Assembly: GCA_965224085.1 (NCBI GenBank)
Contig: CBDCYI010000004.1
Span: 1,120,001 to 1,184,000, forward strand
Length of the DNA: 64,000 bases
Source: Candidatus Marinacidobacterales bacterium
GTDB lineage: Bacteria > Acidobacteriota > Vicinamibacteria > Marinacidobacterales > SMYC01
Direction: 5' to 3'
Numbering within the stretch: position 1 is the stretch's first letter; each line of letters begins with the position of its first letter. The translations under genes were made by a program, and so were the position numbers. Below the pieces are notes generated by a model. It was not told where the DNA came from. It saw only the letters and a program-made list of their open reading frames with translations, and ran no database searches. Below, in pieces: positions 29,276 through 40,243 of the stretch.

Positions 29276-31015
29276 TTAGTTCGTTCCCGCCGCCATGCCT
29301 TCCCCACGCGGATCGGATGCTCCGTAACGAACTCCCGTCCCGGGATCGACTCCGGCAATCTGGGCGTTTCTCATGGAGAACAGGGCTAGCCACTCGATCC
29401 GGTATCCGCGACGGGTGAGCTCGCGGGCCACCGCCTCATCGATCCGATGTTCGATGTGAACCGTGTTCGCCGCTCCGGGAGAGCCCATGCCCCAGCCGGT
29501 ATAGAAGCTGGACGTGATGCGGAAGCGGGGCGCCTCCTGAGCCTCCTCGAAGCTCTTCCCCCAGATCAGCACGTTGGTCATGAGGAAGAACGGGTTCGTG
29601 ACGCCTCCGGACGAACCGGCCGCAAGAAAGGGCTGGCCTTTTTTCAGGACGACCATCGGGGACTTGGGGGACATGAGCCGTTGACCCGGATGCCCGGGGT
29701 GCCCGCCGGCGGAGTTCAGAACCATGCCGTCCACCAAGAGACCCGAGCAGGAGTACACACAGCCATAGATCGTATTCGTGAGGGAGCAGAGATTGCCCTC
29801 CTCGTCGACGACCGAGATGTTGTTGGTGTTGTGCTCCTCCGGGATTCCCCCGTTCGGCCCGTGTGACGCGGCGCTGACCGTTGGTTCGTCCGTCGCCTGG
29901 CGCTTCATTTGCTCGATCTTGTGGCGAATCATCTCGTAGCGCTTCCTCGCATAGTCCTTCGAGATGCGCGCCCGGGCGATGGTCTCGTCGAGCTCCGGAA
30001 TCCCGGTGAACTTCCGTACGTCGACCGCCCGCATCGTCTCGATGAGCCATTGCAGGGAATCGGCGGACTCCGTGTAGTGCCCCATCGACTCCAAATCCAC
30101 GTTCTCGAGAATTTGCAGGGCCTCGATGAGCCCCACCGGACCGACGAGAGGCGGTCGCGTCGCCAGGATCTCGAAGTCCTTGTACGTACCCCGGAGAGGC
30201 TCGGTCTCCCAGACCTCGTACGAGCTGAAATCCTCCAAGGTCGGCTTGCCGCCGATGGCCCGGATCTCGTTCACCATTTTTTCCGCGAAGGGTCCCCGGT
30301 AGAAGTACTCGGGCCCCTCACGGACAATCGCCTTCAAGGTCTCGGCCAGCTCGGGCTGCTTGAAGGTCTCGCCGACTCCCGGCAGAAAACCGTCCGGCGC
30401 GAAAAGGCGCCTTCCCGAAGGATGGAGGGTCAGCGTCGCATAGTTGGCTTTCATCGTCGCATAGGCGTCGTCGTGGATCGGAAAGCCGTTCTCCGCGTAG
30501 AAGATCGCGGGCTCCATGACGTCTTTCCAGTCGAGCTTGCCATGCTTGTCGACGGCGGTGTGGAAGCCGGCAACGGCTCCCCCAACGCGAATCGAGCGTC
30601 CGGTGCGCCCGTCCCTCTGTCGGTTGTAGGGGAGGACCTCTTCACCAAAGGAATGCGCTTCGAAGTTGAGGGCGACCGCCTTGCCACTCGTCGCGTTCCA
30701 GTAGACGAGTCCCCCGCCGCCGCCGAAGCTCGTCTTGCCGTTGTCGACGACCGCGGCCACCGCCGCCGCGGCCACTGCCGCATCCACGGCGTTTCCGCCG
30801 CGACGGAGCATCTCGAGCGCGGCTTCGGTGGCAAACGGGTGAGGGCTCGCCACCATCCCGCCGCGGCTCGAGGCAAGCTCCTTGTGCCCGAGGCGAATGA
30901 AGTCACTTTCGACGGGATAGCGGTGTTGGGATGCGGACAAGAGCGGCAGGCAAAGTACCCCCAGAGTCGAGAAAGCCAGCCGGCAACGTTTTCGCCACGC
31001 CGTGTTCGTTTCCAT
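29276..31015 (-). CDS. Secreted gamma-glutamyltransferase-like Ntn hydrolase
   Basis: Signal peptide; GGNAVDAAVA; processing site TNNISVVDEEGN; GASDPRGEG; RBS AGGAGGT before ATG 31015. Confidence 0.85.
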   Translation of the reverse strand: METNTAWRKRCRLAFSTLGVLCLPLLSASQHRYPVESDFIRLGHKELASSRGGMVASPHPFATEAALEMLRRGGNAVDAAVAAAAVAAVVDNGKTSFGGGGGLVYWNATSGKAVALNFEAHSFGEEVLPYNRQRDGRTGRSIRVGGAVAGFHTAVDKHGKLDWKDVMEPAIFYAENGFPIHDDAYATMKANYATLTLHPSGRRLFAPDGFLPGVGETFKQPELAETLKAIVREGPEYFYRGPFAEKMVNEIRAIGGKPTLEDFSSYEVWETEPLRGTYKDFEILATRPPLVGPVGLIEALQILENVDLESMGHYTESADSLQWLIETMRAVDVRKFTGIPELDETIARARISKDYARKRYEMIRHKIEQMKRQATDEPTVSAASHGPNGGIPEEHNTNNISVVDEEGNLCSLTNTIYGCVYSCSGLLVDGMVLNSAGGHPGHPGQRLMSPKSPMVVLKKGQPFLAAGSSGGVTNPFFLMTNVLIWGKSFEEAQEAPRFRITSSFYTGWGMGSPGAANTVHIEHRIDEAVARELTRRGYRIEWLALFSMRNAQIAGVDPGTGVRYGASDPRGEGMAAGTN

Positions 31016-31076
31016 CAGCGACCTCCTGTTCCTTGAAGAAGACATGTGCCGGCCTGCGGCACCGTCTCCTCTGAGC

Positions 31077-34000
31077 TCAACGCCGGGTCGGTGGAATGGG
31101 GCGCCCCGGCGTCCACGCTACCCCGTGCTGGTCGAGCTTCTGATAAAAGGCCGGTAGCGCTTCGGTGGAGAGCCTCGTTAGCTGGTCCACGATCTCGTTC
31201 AGCCGCTCGGAGCCACGCCGCTTCCATCGCTTCTGGTCCTCGGTGGGCGGCGCCGTCGATCCTTCCACATAGGCGTAGACCATGTTGATCTGGTCGACGA
31301 CGCGAAAACGCTTGGGCATGGTGCCTCCGAAAAGCCCCTCCTGCGGTTCGCTCTCGCGCACGATGTCCCCGACCTGCTTGGAGAGCGTCTCGACCTCGGA
31401 AACGAGCGCCGCCGACACGTCGGGGAGCTCCTCCAAAGCGGACGTCACCGCCCTCAACTGGTCCTCGATCTGCCCGGCAGCGGTTCGGACGGCTCGTACC
31501 CTGCCCTGAAGATGCGTCAGCTCCACGAGCATGTCGTGCCATTCGCGCCGGGCCGTATCACTCATGGAGATGTCGGGGTCGGCTCGACGCGAACGTTCTC
31601 GGTGTGCAGTGCATCCTCCACACGAAGGCGGACCTGGTACTCGCCGGGCATCACGAAGGGTCCGTAAGGAACGTTGAACGAGCTGCCTCTCTTGGTCTCC
31701 CGGCCCGCACCGCCGGCGGCCTCATACACCAGCGGGTGACGCAGGTCCCAAACCGCCCGCTGAATGCCGGTGCCCGCCGGGCCTTGCGGAACCTTCAAGC
31801 GGCGCACCAGGTTGTTCTGAGCGTCATAAATCGCCAGTTGAATGGAAGCCCCGCTCCTCGTCTCCGTACCCCCGTCGCCGGCCGTGATCGGCTCCGCGCT
31901 CGAAGACGACATGAGCTTAGGATTCACGTAGTACGTGATGATCGCTCCGTCGGGAGGGTTCGGGGCCCGGAAGAACTGTTCACCGAGATTGCCGCGGCCC
32001 CGGTCGAAACGGTGGAACTGGGTGGCCGGGCGCAACGGCGCTAGATGGCTGGTCGACTTCAGTACGTCTTCCGACAGGCTCTCGAAAATGCCGACGTCGT
32101 CCATGATCCAGAACCCGCGACCGTGGGTGCCGATGACCAGGTCGCTCTCGCGGGGATGGAGCACCATGTCGTGTACGGGTACGGTGGGCAGGTTGTTCTT
32201 GAGCGGGACCCAGTGCCCGCCACCGGTAATGGAGACGAAGACTCCAAACTCGGTGCCAACGAAGAGCAAGTTGGGATTGCGCAAGCCCTCGACCATTACC
32301 CGGGTCGAGCCGAACGCGGGCAGGTTGTCGGTGATGGAAGTCCAGCTCTTGCCGAGGTCCGCGCTCTTGATCACAAAGGGTCTGAAGTCGTTGTCCTTGT
32401 GGGCATCGAAGGTCACGTAGAGAGTGTTTTCCTCGAAACGGGAGAGCACCCCCCGGCTCACGCGAGTCTGCTCCGGCACTCCGGGGAACTGATCGAATTT
32501 ACTCCAGTTGGCGCCGTCATCCGTCGTCACCCACAGGAGCCCGTCATCGGTTCCCACCGCCAGAAGGCCCTCGCGTATCGAGGATTCGGAAAGCGTGGTG
32601 ATGTTTCCGTACTCGGACGTGCCGGTGTGAAGCCCGATGGCGTCGCGCGGCCACAGCCTGCCCTGAAGCGGCAGCTCGAAGTGGTCGAGCTGGCGGGTGA
32701 GATCCGGGCTGATCACGTCCCAGGCGTCGCCGCGTTTGGTGCTCTTGAACACCTTGTTGGCCGCGAAATACAGCGTTTCGTGATCGAAGCGTGAGATGAG
32801 AAGCGGTGAGCTCCAGTTCCAGCGGTAACTCTCGCCTTCCGGCGGCTGCGGCTGGATCAGGTGCTGCTCTCCCGTCCGGGTGTCGAAGCGCACCAAGCGT
32901 CCGTAGTGGGCCTCCGAGTACACCACGGTGGGGTCGGTGGGGTCGATCGCCGCGTAGAAGCCGTCGCCTCGGATCGTGCGGAACCAGTCGGCGTTGGTGA
33001 TGCCGTCGGTATTCCGCGTGCCGCTTGGACCGCCGTAGGAACTCTGGTCCTGCGTTCCCCCGTAGACGTAATAAAAGGGCTTCCGCATATCCACCGCGAC
33101 GGTATAGAACTGGGTGACGGGAATGTGGTCCATGAACTCCCAGCTCTCTCCGCGATCGTAGGAGAGATAGAGACCGCCATCCGTCCCGAGAATCAAGTGG
33201 TCGGACTGGGCGGGATCGATCCAGAAGGAACGGTGATCGCCGTGTACCCTTCCGCCGGAAACCAACGGACGATGGGTCTTGCCTCCGTCCGTCGAGACAG
33301 TCGTGTCGCCCGCCAGGACGTAGACGCGATCCGGATCGTTGGGGTCGCACAGAAGGTCGCCGTAGCTCCATCTCGTGGCGACTTCACGGGTAAGAAGCTC
33401 CCAGCTGGCGCCGCGGTCCTCCGAGCGATAGATACCGTTCTCCTCTCCTTTGGCCCGGACGGCGGCGTAGATCCGGTCGGGCTGGCCTCGGCAAACGGAT
33501 AGACCGATTCTGCCCATCTCGCCGGTGGGCAGACCGTTGTCGAGTCGACTCCAGTTCGCCCCGCCATCGTTGCTTCGGAAGATGCCGCCTTCCGGTCCGC
33601 CGGCCACGAAGCTCCAGTTGCGCCGCTCCCGCTGGAAAGCAGTGGCGTAGAGCCAGTCCGGGTCGCGCGGGTCCATCGCAACGTCCACCACGCCGGTGTG
33701 CTCGCTGATGTAGAGCGCCTTGGACCATGTCTTTCCGCCGTCGGTGGTCTTGAACAGGCCCCGCTCCTCGCTCGCTCCCCAGAGAGAGCCCATGGCGGCA
33801 ACGAAGACGACGTCCGGGTCTTCCGGGTGAATGACGATGTCCCCGATTTGACGCGTCTCCTCCAATCCCAGGTGCTCCCACGTCTTTCCGGCATCCTCCG
33901 ACTTGTAGACACCGTCTCCCCAGGAGTTGCTCCGGGCGTTGAAATCCTCACCGGTGCCCACCCAGACGATGTTCGAGTTGGAGCGTGCCACCGCCACGGC

Positions 34001-34312
34001 GCCCAGCGATAGGGTTCCCTCTTTCTCGAAGACCGGCTTCCAGGTGGTGCCGTTGTTGACCGTCTTCCAGAGCCCGCCGGTGGCGGTGGCGGCGTAGATG
34101 ATTCTCGTATCGTCCTCGACGACGGCGATGTGGGCGATGCGGCCACTGGTTATTCCCGGACCGATATTTCGCCACTCGAGGTTTCCGAGAAGGGAGGCGC
34201 GAAGCGAACCTTCGGAAGCCTCTTCGACTTCCGAAGCGATGGCTAGCGATGCGGTCAACGATGAAGCGACGAGAAGGATAGGAAATTTCAAAGCCTGCCC
34301 GGGGCGTTCCAC
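31077..34312 (-). CDS. VPS10/BNR-repeat beta-propeller protein (glycosyl hydrolase-like), one-base frameshift near 31583
   Basis: WRNIGP..SGR and many S/TxDxGxTW Asp-box repeats. Adding one G (GAG GCC GAC CCC GAC ATC TCC ATG) fuses the 916-aa and 162-aa ORFs into a protein colinear with the intact paralog at 50603. Confidence 0.88.
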
Positions 34313-35105
34313 TGCGATTTCTCCAGCTTGAGCGATCGTGGCGTCATGTCATTCAGTATCGGTGACATTAGCAAAGGTTACGCAGCAAGACAAGGCGGTG
34401 AGGGCGGAGGGTGTTCATGGGGAAGACACAGGTATGGCGTACTTGACAGTCTCGCTTCAGCGAACCGGTCAGCTGAGCACGCGCGGAGCGGCGATACAGA
34501 CTTTAACGGCCGAGGCCGCGACGGTTTGTGAGGAGCTCGCGGAACATCTTCGCTATCTCGAGTCCGGAGAACGGCCGCTGGCTGAGCCACGTTGTTTTGA
34601 AGTCGCTCTTCGCGGCGATTTAAGACGCCGCCCGGCGCACGGGCGCTACCATCGCCAAAGAGCTTCGCAAGCGTCAAGAAGTCCGAGCTTGAGCGTTCAG
34701 TTTTTGGACGCCGGTCCCGGGATCGGGCGCCCACGGAAACAGGTTCCCTTCGACGTCACGATAGTCACTATAGCGATAAATTATCTCTCTCACGCCGCGC
34801 TCCGGACCCATCCGGCTTTCGGTGTGGTGGGTCAGGCCCGCCTCGTGCAAAAGATGGGTTGTCTTGTGGCCCATGCCCCCGGTGGCAGACACCTCTCAAC
34901 CGCCTTGTCTCGCTTGCTCGCGTTCTGATACCGTCACCGGGACTCAATCGGGCCGCACAGCCCTATCCCTTGGGGAAAATTCGAGCGGATCGGCAACGGG
35001 CACGTATGAATTCTCCTATCTTTTTCAGGTCGTTCGAGCCTACTCCGGATCCCGCTTGAACCTCTGCTCGGGGGCCGATGCAATCCCCTAGAGGTCCAGG
35101 TCCCC

Positions 35106-36460
35106 ATGAGGATTCGGATGTCCCACAGGCTCTTCTTCGCGCTTCTGCTGCTTCCCCTCTACGGCCCTACCCTGGCCAACGGCAAGGACATTGTCGCCTC
35201 GCCCTCGTCTGCGAAAGTGATCGCGTTCGTGGACGGCAGATGGATGCGGGTGCAGCGTTACATAGCCGTGGGACCCGTGGTCTTGATGACCACCACCGAT
35301 GGGAAACTCCGGTCGGTGCGCCGGTCCTCTGTCAACCTGGAGGCCACGGAGCGGAAGTGGGGGGATAGCATTGGCCGAGAATCGTCCTCGAAGCATGACA
35401 GATCGGCCAAACGGCTCTTTGTCGACTGGCGATCGCTTTGCTCTTCGCTCGACGTCGCTGGGAACGCATACCGATCACAAATTAACGTTTCCGATAAAGC
35501 GCTCACAGCTCAAGTTCTCGTTCGCTCGACAAAGGATGGATCCAAAGAAGCTGAAAAATCTGAAGCAGCTGTACAAATATTTGAGCAGCGAAAGAAATAC
35601 GCTTATGCAGTCCTCCGGAACTGTTCCGCTTCTTGACAAGCGGCTAGATGGTGAAGTCGAACTTGGTTACAGCTATATCCCCGGTGAACCGGAGCTTGGC
35701 GGGAAGAAAGGGGCGGCGGCGGCTCGGCTCGGCCTCAAGGGAAAATGGGATCGCGTGAAGTACTGGGGCGAGTACGGCTTCTATGGCAAAGAATTTACGA
35801 ATATCCGGCGTCCCACTCTTAAGGACCGTGCGGGAGGGAAGATTGGAGCGAAGTTGAAATTGGGCGTTCTCAGCTCGAAAGCGGAGCTCACCCGGTTTCA
35901 TAACAATGTCCAGCGGGATCCTACTGAATCTCAGACCACTAAGTCTCAGGGAAAGGTGTCCTTCGATCTGGCGGTTCCGCGGTGGCCAAAGTTGACACTC
36001 ACCTACAAGCGCAGGGAGAAGGAAACATCCAGGCCAAACGGCACAGTGAGCAAAAAGTCTTCAGCCAACACGGTAAGTGGGACGTTGCGGTACTCGCAAT
36101 CGGCGTGGGAGATCAAGCCCTCCCTCGGGTTCACCCGGTATATCTACCCCTTCGCGCGATTACCGCAAGGAGAGACTTTATGCCTCTTTGGTTTCAGATT
36201 ACTCCATCATAGAGAGGTCGATGACCCTTTCTCTCACTGGAAGATTCACCGCCGATAAGACCACCGATGGAAATTACGATACTCAACGTTTCGACGGCTC
36301 TATAGGGTTACTAAAGAATGTTAGCAACGTATTCGGCCTTCCTGACGATAAGGCGATGCTGTCTGTTAAGCTGAATTACAGCCGATATATCGACCTGGTC
36401 GATCAGGGCGCCGATCTTGAAAAATACTCCGTACTCTTACTGTGTGAGATTAGCCCCTAA
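35106..36460 (+). pseudogene. Putative outer-membrane beta-barrel protein split over three frames
   Basis: Signal peptide in the 35106 ORF; amphipathic beta-strand patterns in the 35299 and 36077 ORFs; lower GC than the core region. Confidence 0.45.
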
Positions 36461-36676
36461 TCTCGTAGCCTCATCTTTTTTTGGCCCAAGCGGCTCGGGA
36501 GAAACGATGGTGCTTCCGCCATCTGCTGTTGGTGATTCGTACGCATCCCCTTGACACAAAGTCGCCTTTGCGGCATTTCGCGGGCGCCGTAGGCTGCGAG
36601 CTCCTAATTGGCTATAATTCGTTGCCCTTATAGCCTCTAACCTATCAGAAGCGAGGATTTTGTTCGCACTTTTGGG

Positions 36677-37090
36677 TTGAAGAAGCTCGGTCGTTCTCAA
36701 AGTGGACGCCGACGGCGTCCACTTGAGAAGCAACGCAACGTCGTCCGCTATGGATTTTCTGAGATCAAACCCATTCCCGAGATACCACGCCCAGAGCTGG
36801 AGTCTCGTCTCGAAGAGTGGAGGCGTTTGCTTCGTGGAAGCGTGACCCAGGGGCGCTTGGTGCTCCAAAAGATTCTCAAAGGCAGGCTGCTCATGATGCC
36901 CCTAACGGATGAGGTTGGATATGAGTTCAGTGCCCCCACGAGATTCGACAAGCTCTTCTCAGGTCTGGCAATCCCATTGCCTAAATTTGTCGAGGAAATT
37001 GGTGAAAGCAATTCGGGATATGAGCACATAACTCCCGCAGATACGCCGGATGGGGAGAAGGAAGCACTGTCAGAAATCCGAGCGCTCTTT
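36677..37090 (+). pseudogene. C-terminal remnant of a large serine recombinase
   Basis: LEEWRRLLRGSVTQGRLVLQKILKGRL...GYEFSAPTRFDKLF resembles recombinase C-termini and directly abuts a tRNA-Glu 3' duplicate; no catalytic domain. Confidence 0.55.
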
Positions 37091-37105
37091 TGGCATCCCC
37101 GACGG
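37091..37105. repeat. att-like direct repeat of the tRNA-Glu 3' end
   Basis: TGGCATCCCCGACGG, 15/15 identical to 42258-42272. Confidence 0.8.
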
Positions 37106-38073
37106 CATCCGCGCCAAGCGCTTGGAGGGCCTTTTTCAGGTTCATGGTCAAGTGCACGATTAGGAAGCAGCATGACGGCCGTTTTTAATATTCAAGGCCC
37201 GCTGCGGAATCTGCAACAGGCTGCTCATCGGCCTTTGCAGGGCCGGGTACAGCTCTCGCAAAGGCAAAAAGAGACCGCCCGTCACGATAAAACGGGCGGT
37301 CCCTTTCAACGGTTCACTGAGTTCGTTGCTGGGTGAACAAGTTGATGTCATAGTCGTAGATGGCATCGCCTGGTCAGTGTCCGGGGCGTGCGGCACTCGT
37401 TAAAAGAAGGTCACCTGACTACCAACGCATTCGGTCAAAGCTCATCCGGCTCCGTCTCACGAGGGAAGACGTGCGTGTTGGGCGCATTCTCCGAACTCGA
37501 ACGTCTCGCACCGAGGCAGTAGCTCGGTCGCAATCAGTGGGCTAGCAGACTGCCTTTTCTCCACCCGCGAGGGTGAATTCCAGTCGGTGCCTGCGGCCGC
37601 ATAGAGGCTCCACTTTCGTGTTTTCCATGTTCTCTTCCAACAGAGGCTGCGACGATACCCATCCAACTGATGGCGTACCGGTCGGACCGGCGCGGGGTCA
37701 AGCCGATAGCAACACTGGCCCTCAGAGGTCGCTCAAAGTGATTGGCTCCTCGCGCGCGGATTTTCCGTCATGGCCCGGAGCACACAAGAAGCTCGTCACT
37801 GAGGCCGAAGATGTGTTTGCAGTCTGACCCACTCGTCACCGATTTGGACGAGCAGCTCTGAGGAAGACTTTTTTGAGGAAGGTGTTGATTGAGGAGTCCA
37901 GATAACGCCGCCAGGGGCATTTGCATAACCGCGGTCGACGGTCTGCATGTGCCGGAAAACGCGATCAAGTGGTTCTTCCATAACAATGACGACAGCGCGC
38001 ACACGAATACCTCCCTCAGACTCAAGCGCTCGTCCGGTGGAAACCGTGGCGGACGATGTTTCCGGCCCCGACG

Positions 38074-38784
38074 TCATTCCACGACGAACTGACCCATCAT
38101 CCCCACGTCTTCGTGCTGGAGGATGTGGTAGTGGAACATATACGGATTCACGGGGTCCCCGTGGTCGTGAAAACGCTTGATGATGCGCACGGTCTCGAAA
38201 GGGCGGACGAGGACCACGTCCTTCCAGCCGAGCTCGTTGGCTGTCGGGCTCGCCCCACCTCGCGACAGGATCTGGAACGCGTCGCCGTGCACGTGGAACG
38301 GATGGGCCTGGTTGTTGGGGTTCGTGATTTCCCATACCTCGGCCGCGCCAAGCCGGATCCGCGCGTCGATGATGGACATGTCCATCCGCTTCCCGTTGAT
38401 TCCGAACGGATTGGCGTTGCGCTCGAACGTCCGTGGGCTTCCGGCGTTCACGGCTTCGGACTCGGGAATCGGGGCCACGACGGCCAGGCGCTCGAGGAGA
38501 GTGCGAACGGCGCCGGCAGTGGCCGACCCGATCCGGATCTCGAGAAGATCGAAATCGGCGCTGTCCCAGGGATCCTGGAGCCGAGACGGAACGAAGGTCG
38601 GGCCGTTGCCTCCGTTGAAACTGCGTAGGCTGAGCGTCTGTGCTTCGTCGGCGCTCAGGTCGACGAGAAGCCTCGAAGTCGATTTCACGTCGCGTGCCAT
38701 AGAAGCTGGAAAGAAGTTTGCCGCTGCGCGACGGAAGCAAGGGGCCAAGCTGTTAGGATATCCAACGACGCCGTGGTTCAGCAC
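38074..38784 (-). pseudogene. Multicopper oxidase (CueO-like), C-terminal fragment
   Basis: HPFHVHG and MFHYHILQHEDVGMM; the type-1 copper Cys of HCH is Tyr and the N-terminal domain is absent. Confidence 0.75.
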
Positions 38785-38846
38785 GGTGAGAAGATCCCAT
38801 TTGCAATAGAAGCGAGGGATTCTTGTTACCGCAAGGAGATTCCAAG

Positions 38847-39308
38847 ATGAAAAACCTGGTGATGCTCAGAATCGCCTCGGTGCTCTGGGGAATCTGGGGC
38901 GCCTTTCACCTGTTCATCGGCGTTGCTCTGCTGATGGTCATCGCTGCGGGTCATCCCGACGGGCAGCTCGCGTCCATTCCCGGAGTCGTGAACATCATGA
39001 TGATGGGCAACGAGGGCCGCTTCGCCGTGATCCCCTCCCTGGAGCAGCACGCCTTCAATCTGGCCTGGTTCGGCGTGGTGGTGGGCGTCGGGTGCGTCTA
39101 CGTATGGCGACGCAGGGCCGAGGCGATCTTTGTGTGCACCCTGGTGGGCGGCTTCGCCGACCTGGGCTACTTCCTGTACGTCGACCTGCCTGGCTACGCC
39201 GATCCCCCGGGGCCCCAGATGACCTACATCATGGCCTCCGCCATCGCCCTGAGCCTCTACGCCTACTTCAAGAGCGACACGCTGCGGGCAATCCAGAATC
39301 CGGGATGA
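38847..39308 (+). CDS. Hypothetical membrane protein (about 4 TM)
   Basis: RBS AAGGAG before ATG 38847; hydrophobic segments; strong GC3 codon bias. Confidence 0.75.
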   Translation: MKNLVMLRIASVLWGIWGAFHLFIGVALLMVIAAGHPDGQLASIPGVVNIMMMGNEGRFAVIPSLEQHAFNLAWFGVVVGVGCVYVWRRRAEAIFVCTLVGGFADLGYFLYVDLPGYADPPGPQMTYIMASAIALSLYAYFKSDTLRAIQNPG

Positions 39309-39432
39309 GATCGGCGCCTTTCGCGCCCAAGAAGCATTCCCCTGGAGGTTTTAGTCCCCGGGATTTGCTGGAGAGGACCGGGCCGCGTTGCGTAAGCCGA
39401 AGCGACCGGTCCTCTGCGGTGGGACGAGGCGG

Positions 39433-39448
39433 TGGCATCCCCGACGGG
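39433..39448. repeat. att-like direct repeat of the tRNA-Glu 3' end
   Basis: TGGCATCCCCGACGGG, 16/16 identical to 42258-42273. Confidence 0.85.
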
Positions 39449-39505
39449 TTCCGTACCTTTTAACGCCTTTTTCCTTGAAGGATGCGTGGTTGTTGAGAGT
39501 CCGGT

Positions 39506-39880
39506 CTAGCGACCTTTCTCAAATACCCACGGCTCGCGCCACCCATCGCTCTCCCACTGCAAATCACCTTCTTCGTCACAGATACACACGCGCCATCGGG
39601 TTCTATCGTCTTCTACTATGAACAAGGTTTGGTATCCCGCGGAGCCCGTCCAGCGGGCTCGGGACCTAAAGGCTTGCCAAACAAGCTCGGCATCCGAGTC
39701 TTCCATTCTCACAAATCGGTAGCCGTTTTTATTCGCCCACTGCTCGCACTTTCTCCGGTGTCCCATTACGTCCCGTTGTGCCAGCGAGAAGCGGAGTCCG
39801 TACGCTGCAGCCGCAACGATGACGATGATCAACAAACCAATTAGGAAATCATATAGGGAATCAAAGGGGATGGAGTACAT
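39506..39880 (-). CDS. Small single-TM hypothetical protein
   Basis: N-terminal TM helix then WANKNGYRFV; 124 aa; co-oriented with AIPR inside the islet. Confidence 0.6.
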   Translation of the reverse strand: MYSIPFDSLYDFLIGLLIIVIVAAAAYGLRFSLAQRDVMGHRRKCEQWANKNGYRFVRMEDSDAELVWQAFRSRARWTGSAGYQTLFIVEDDRTRWRVCICDEEGDLQWESDGWREPWVFEKGR

Positions 39881-40000
39881 TCGGGTCGACCTTCCCGCTC
39901 TAGGGACGACATCCTATAGGTCTGACAAGTTGTTTGCAAGCGCGGATGAAAAACCTCCGAGCCTCGGGCTGGCAGCCCTCGCTAAAAAAAGATTTCACTT

Positions 40001-40243
40001 TAACTAGTAACCCCTAAGTACGACCCCGGCCCCTCTAGCGCCGCTAACTTGCTAACCAGTAAAGGGTTGGCGGGGCGCCCATAGTGGCCATATAAGGTCC
40101 GCCCGGCGGGCCGGGTAGCCTACGGGGCGCGGGGCGCGTAGCCGGGGGCACCTCGGGGCGAGGTGGGCCGCCCTCCCGGGGAACGGCGGGGGTAGCGCGG
40201 CCCGGCCCCGGCGGTTTTCTAGGGCTCCACCGCCACGCCTCTC
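40001..40243. other. Compositionally anomalous, self-complementary GC-rich intergenic element (candidate ncRNA or structured DNA)
   Basis: Nested stems GCCGGGG/CCCCGGC, CACCTCG/CGAGGTG, GGGCCGC/GCGGCCC; about nine G3+ tracts; very few GA dinucleotides. Confidence 0.4.

Noticed and set aside
34338-35090. 196-aa ORF and neighbouring small ORFs
   Set aside because: No recognisable motif or consistent codon pattern; probably decayed sequence
37160-38070. Small ORFs in the left tRNA-Glu islet
   Set aside because: Short, overlapping and motif-free; none could be supported
38074-38784. Novel Cys-less multicopper oxidase
   Set aside because: The gene is 5'-truncated, so HCH to HYH is better explained by pseudogene decay
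39920-40080. Possible CRISPR leader-like sequence
   Set aside because: No repeat-spacer array or cas gene anywhere in the window; similar imperfect palindromes occur near many mobile-element ends
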